This document shows, piece after piece, positions 61,887-64,000 of a stretch of 64,000 nt of DNA (its first letter is position 1; each line of letters opens with the position of its first letter). The DNA is taken from positions 2,852,001 through 2,916,000 of the forward strand of contig NW_027361819.1 in the NCBI RefSeq assembly GCF_039654945.1, in the 5' to 3' direction. Under the pieces are notes generated by a model, which was not told the DNA's origin, searched no databases, and saw nothing but the letters and a program-made list of their open reading frames with translations. The translations under genes were made by a program, and so were the position numbers. The DNA is from Dendrobates tinctorius (Eukaryota).

Positions 61887-61990
61887 CTTCCCAGTGCTCC
61901 CAGCACAGCAGATGGAAGGAGGAAGCAGAAATCAGGAAGGAGAGGCCGTCCAGTCAGCGGCAGCCGCTCCCCTGCTCCACCTGTCATGTG
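61887..61990 (-). other. Probable non-coding first exon of mvp
   Basis: The ATG exon has an acceptor (poly-C tract + AG, exon starting at 61367), which implies an upstream exon. Strong donor AAG|GTAACT at 61887. The 5' end is uncertain. Confidence 0.5.
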
Positions 61991-63177
61991 TCCGGGGTGG
62001 AGCGCTCAATATCACTGCAGGGTTTATTATTACACGAGGCAATGACGCGGTTAACGCTTCTGATTCCGCCACGTTTTCCACGAGGTTTTTGATGCGTTTT
62101 GTTCACAATAATTTTTTTTTTTTTACGTGGATTTTTCAGTTGGAAGAAAATCTATGTGCAAAACAAAGCGGCGGATCTTGGCGCAGTTTTGTAAAGACTC
62201 GCGTCTTAAGCGCCGTTTTTAGGGGGCTCATTTATCCCTCTTTAATATTAATGTGGAGAGTAATAAGATTGTGGGATTCTGCTGCGTTTCTGGAATAAAA
62301 ACCTTTGATGAAACCTAATGGAAAACCGCGTGCAGAAAATGCGCCAAAGAATTGATGCGACGCTTTCTCTCTGTGTTTTTTCTCATACAAGTGAATGATT
62401 TAGCAGATTTGAAGCATTTTTGGACCTGTATTTTGGTGTCCGTGCTTCACTCTCCTGCACTGAGACACTGTAACGAACACTCAGCTGTGATTTTTGCACC
62501 AAAAGGTTCCTAAAATAAGTTAAAAACTTGGGATCCGCCTCCGCTTTTATGGTGTGGACACATCTGAGACGAAGATCAGCTGCGGATTTAACTGTAAATT
62601 CCCCATCTGAACACGGCCCAAAGGGTGCAGTCTGCCCCGGGAAGTGACAGGCGCACGCTGGGAGTAGTAGTGCACTCAGGAGAGTGCGGGATGTGTGCTC
62701 AGTGTGGGACGGTCGGGGCGCGTCCGTTATTCTGGGGATTATGGCGTTGACTTTCCCCAGGTGATTGTGGCGCTGAGCCGGAGGCGCCGGGGGAGAAGGA
62801 GCCGGTTCTTCCACATATCAGGTTTAGGTGGAGATCGGAAAGACAAAGGTCTGAGATAAGGAGCGTACATGGCCACCCGAGGAGGGCGTTATATAGGGTA
62901 TATATGTATACGTGCGGTCACTGCGATGTCACCGTGGTCAGACCGCAGCGGTGGTCAGTGTCAGTGAATTATGCCAAGTACTGCCCATACAGTGGGGTTG
63001 GGGGCCCACCGGGGGATTGCCCTGTTCCCCCACAGGCCAGTCCGAGTCTGGCAGTGTTTATTAGGGGCAGGCAGGTTTTCAGACTCTGAATGTAAATGTG
63101 AATATTTCCATTCGCTGACAGCAAGCAGAGAACAGGAACAAAGAAACAGAAAGGTGAACATTTAGGAGACTGTCTGT

Positions 63178-63270
63178 GTTGCCCCTAGCAACCAATCACT
63201 GCTCAGCTTTCATTTCAAATGCTGCGCTGGTAAAATTAAAGCTGTGCTGTGATTGGCTGCTACGGGTAGT
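63178..63270. repeat. Short palindromic MITE-like repeat
   Basis: gttgcccctagcaaccaatcactgctcagcttt pairs with aaagctgtgctgtgattggctgctacgggta. Confidence 0.6.
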
Positions 63271-63509
63271 AATGCTATCTTTGTGGCAGCGGTGACTTTT
63301 CACATCACCGTCACCACAGCCTGCCGCCCCCGGTGTATCTGCCGCTGTATTTACTGTTACCCGGATGCTAATTACCCTACACCTTATCTGCACTGTTTTC
63401 CATACAAGTACTTAGCCCTTTTATTGCCGTCTAGGCCTCAGCAGATGAAGAACTGGGTGCAGCCGTAACAGGACAGCGCCCCCTGCGGTCCAACGAGAAT
63501 CACTACAAG

Positions 63510-64000
63510 TTCTGGGGTGCGGGGCTCTCCCTCCTCTGTTCTGGGGTGCGGGGCTCTCCCTCCCCTGTACTGGGGTGTGGGGCTCTCCCTCTATATTGGG
63601 GTGCGGGGCTCTCCCTCCCCTGTACTGGGGTGCGGGGCTCTCCCTCCCCTGTACTGGGGTGCGGGGCTCTCCCTCCCCTGTACTGGGGTGCGGGGCTCTC
63701 CCTCCCCTGTACTGGGGTGCGGGGCTCTCCCTCCTCTGTACTGGGGTGTGGGGCTCTCCCTCCCCTGTACTGGGGTGTGGGGCTCTCCCTCCTCTGTACT
63801 GGGGTGCGGGGCTCTCCCTCCTCTGTTCTGGGGTGCGGGGCTCTCCCTCCCCTGTTCTGGGGTGCGGGGCTCTCCCTCCCCTGTTCTGGGGTGCGGGGCT
63901 CTCCCTCCCCTGTACTGGGGTGTGGGGCTCTCCCTCTATATTGGGGTGCGGGGCTCTCCCTCCTCTGTACTGGGGTGCGGGGCTCTCCCTCCCCTGTACT
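63510..64000. repeat. 29-bp minisatellite (runs off the window end)
   Basis: Unit ggggtgcggggctctccctcccctgtact. Confidence 0.92.

Noticed and set aside
62040-62360. Possible degenerate MITE upstream of mvp
   Set aside because: Contains ccgcg/aaaac-type repeats typical of such elements, but TIRs and TSD could not be defined.
50000-64000. Vault RNA or other Pol III gene near mvp
   Set aside because: No recognisable A/B-box vault RNA structure with an oligo-T terminator was seen.

Overview
Vertebrate genomic DNA, most likely a frog (inferred from gene content and repeat types). It holds three spliced genes whose human counterparts lie in the 16p11.2 block. (1) tlcd3b/fam57b (+): four coding exons in the window, first exon not found. 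(2) mvp, major vault protein (-): 16 coding exons, 850 aa, intact. (3) A small 4-exon gene (-) that the ORF track does not show as a unit. It splices to a 114-aa signal peptide + ectodomain + TM protein resembling the mammalian sperm-egg fusion factor FIMP (C16orf92), and it lies tail-to-tail with tlcd3b as in human. The rest is minisatellite arrays and transposons: a decayed full-length Tc1; an old Tc1 whose 3' end expanded into a minisatellite, later hit by a chromodomain Gypsy element with a self-priming PBS; a fold-back Tc1 made of two 5' halves; a full-length 8.9-kb Tx1-type LINE inside the FIMP-like gene; and a palindromic Penelope-like insertion with hammerhead motifs inside mvp. Most long ORFs in the track are repeat artefacts. 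Comparisons with human or mouse sequences are from memory and need database confirmation.
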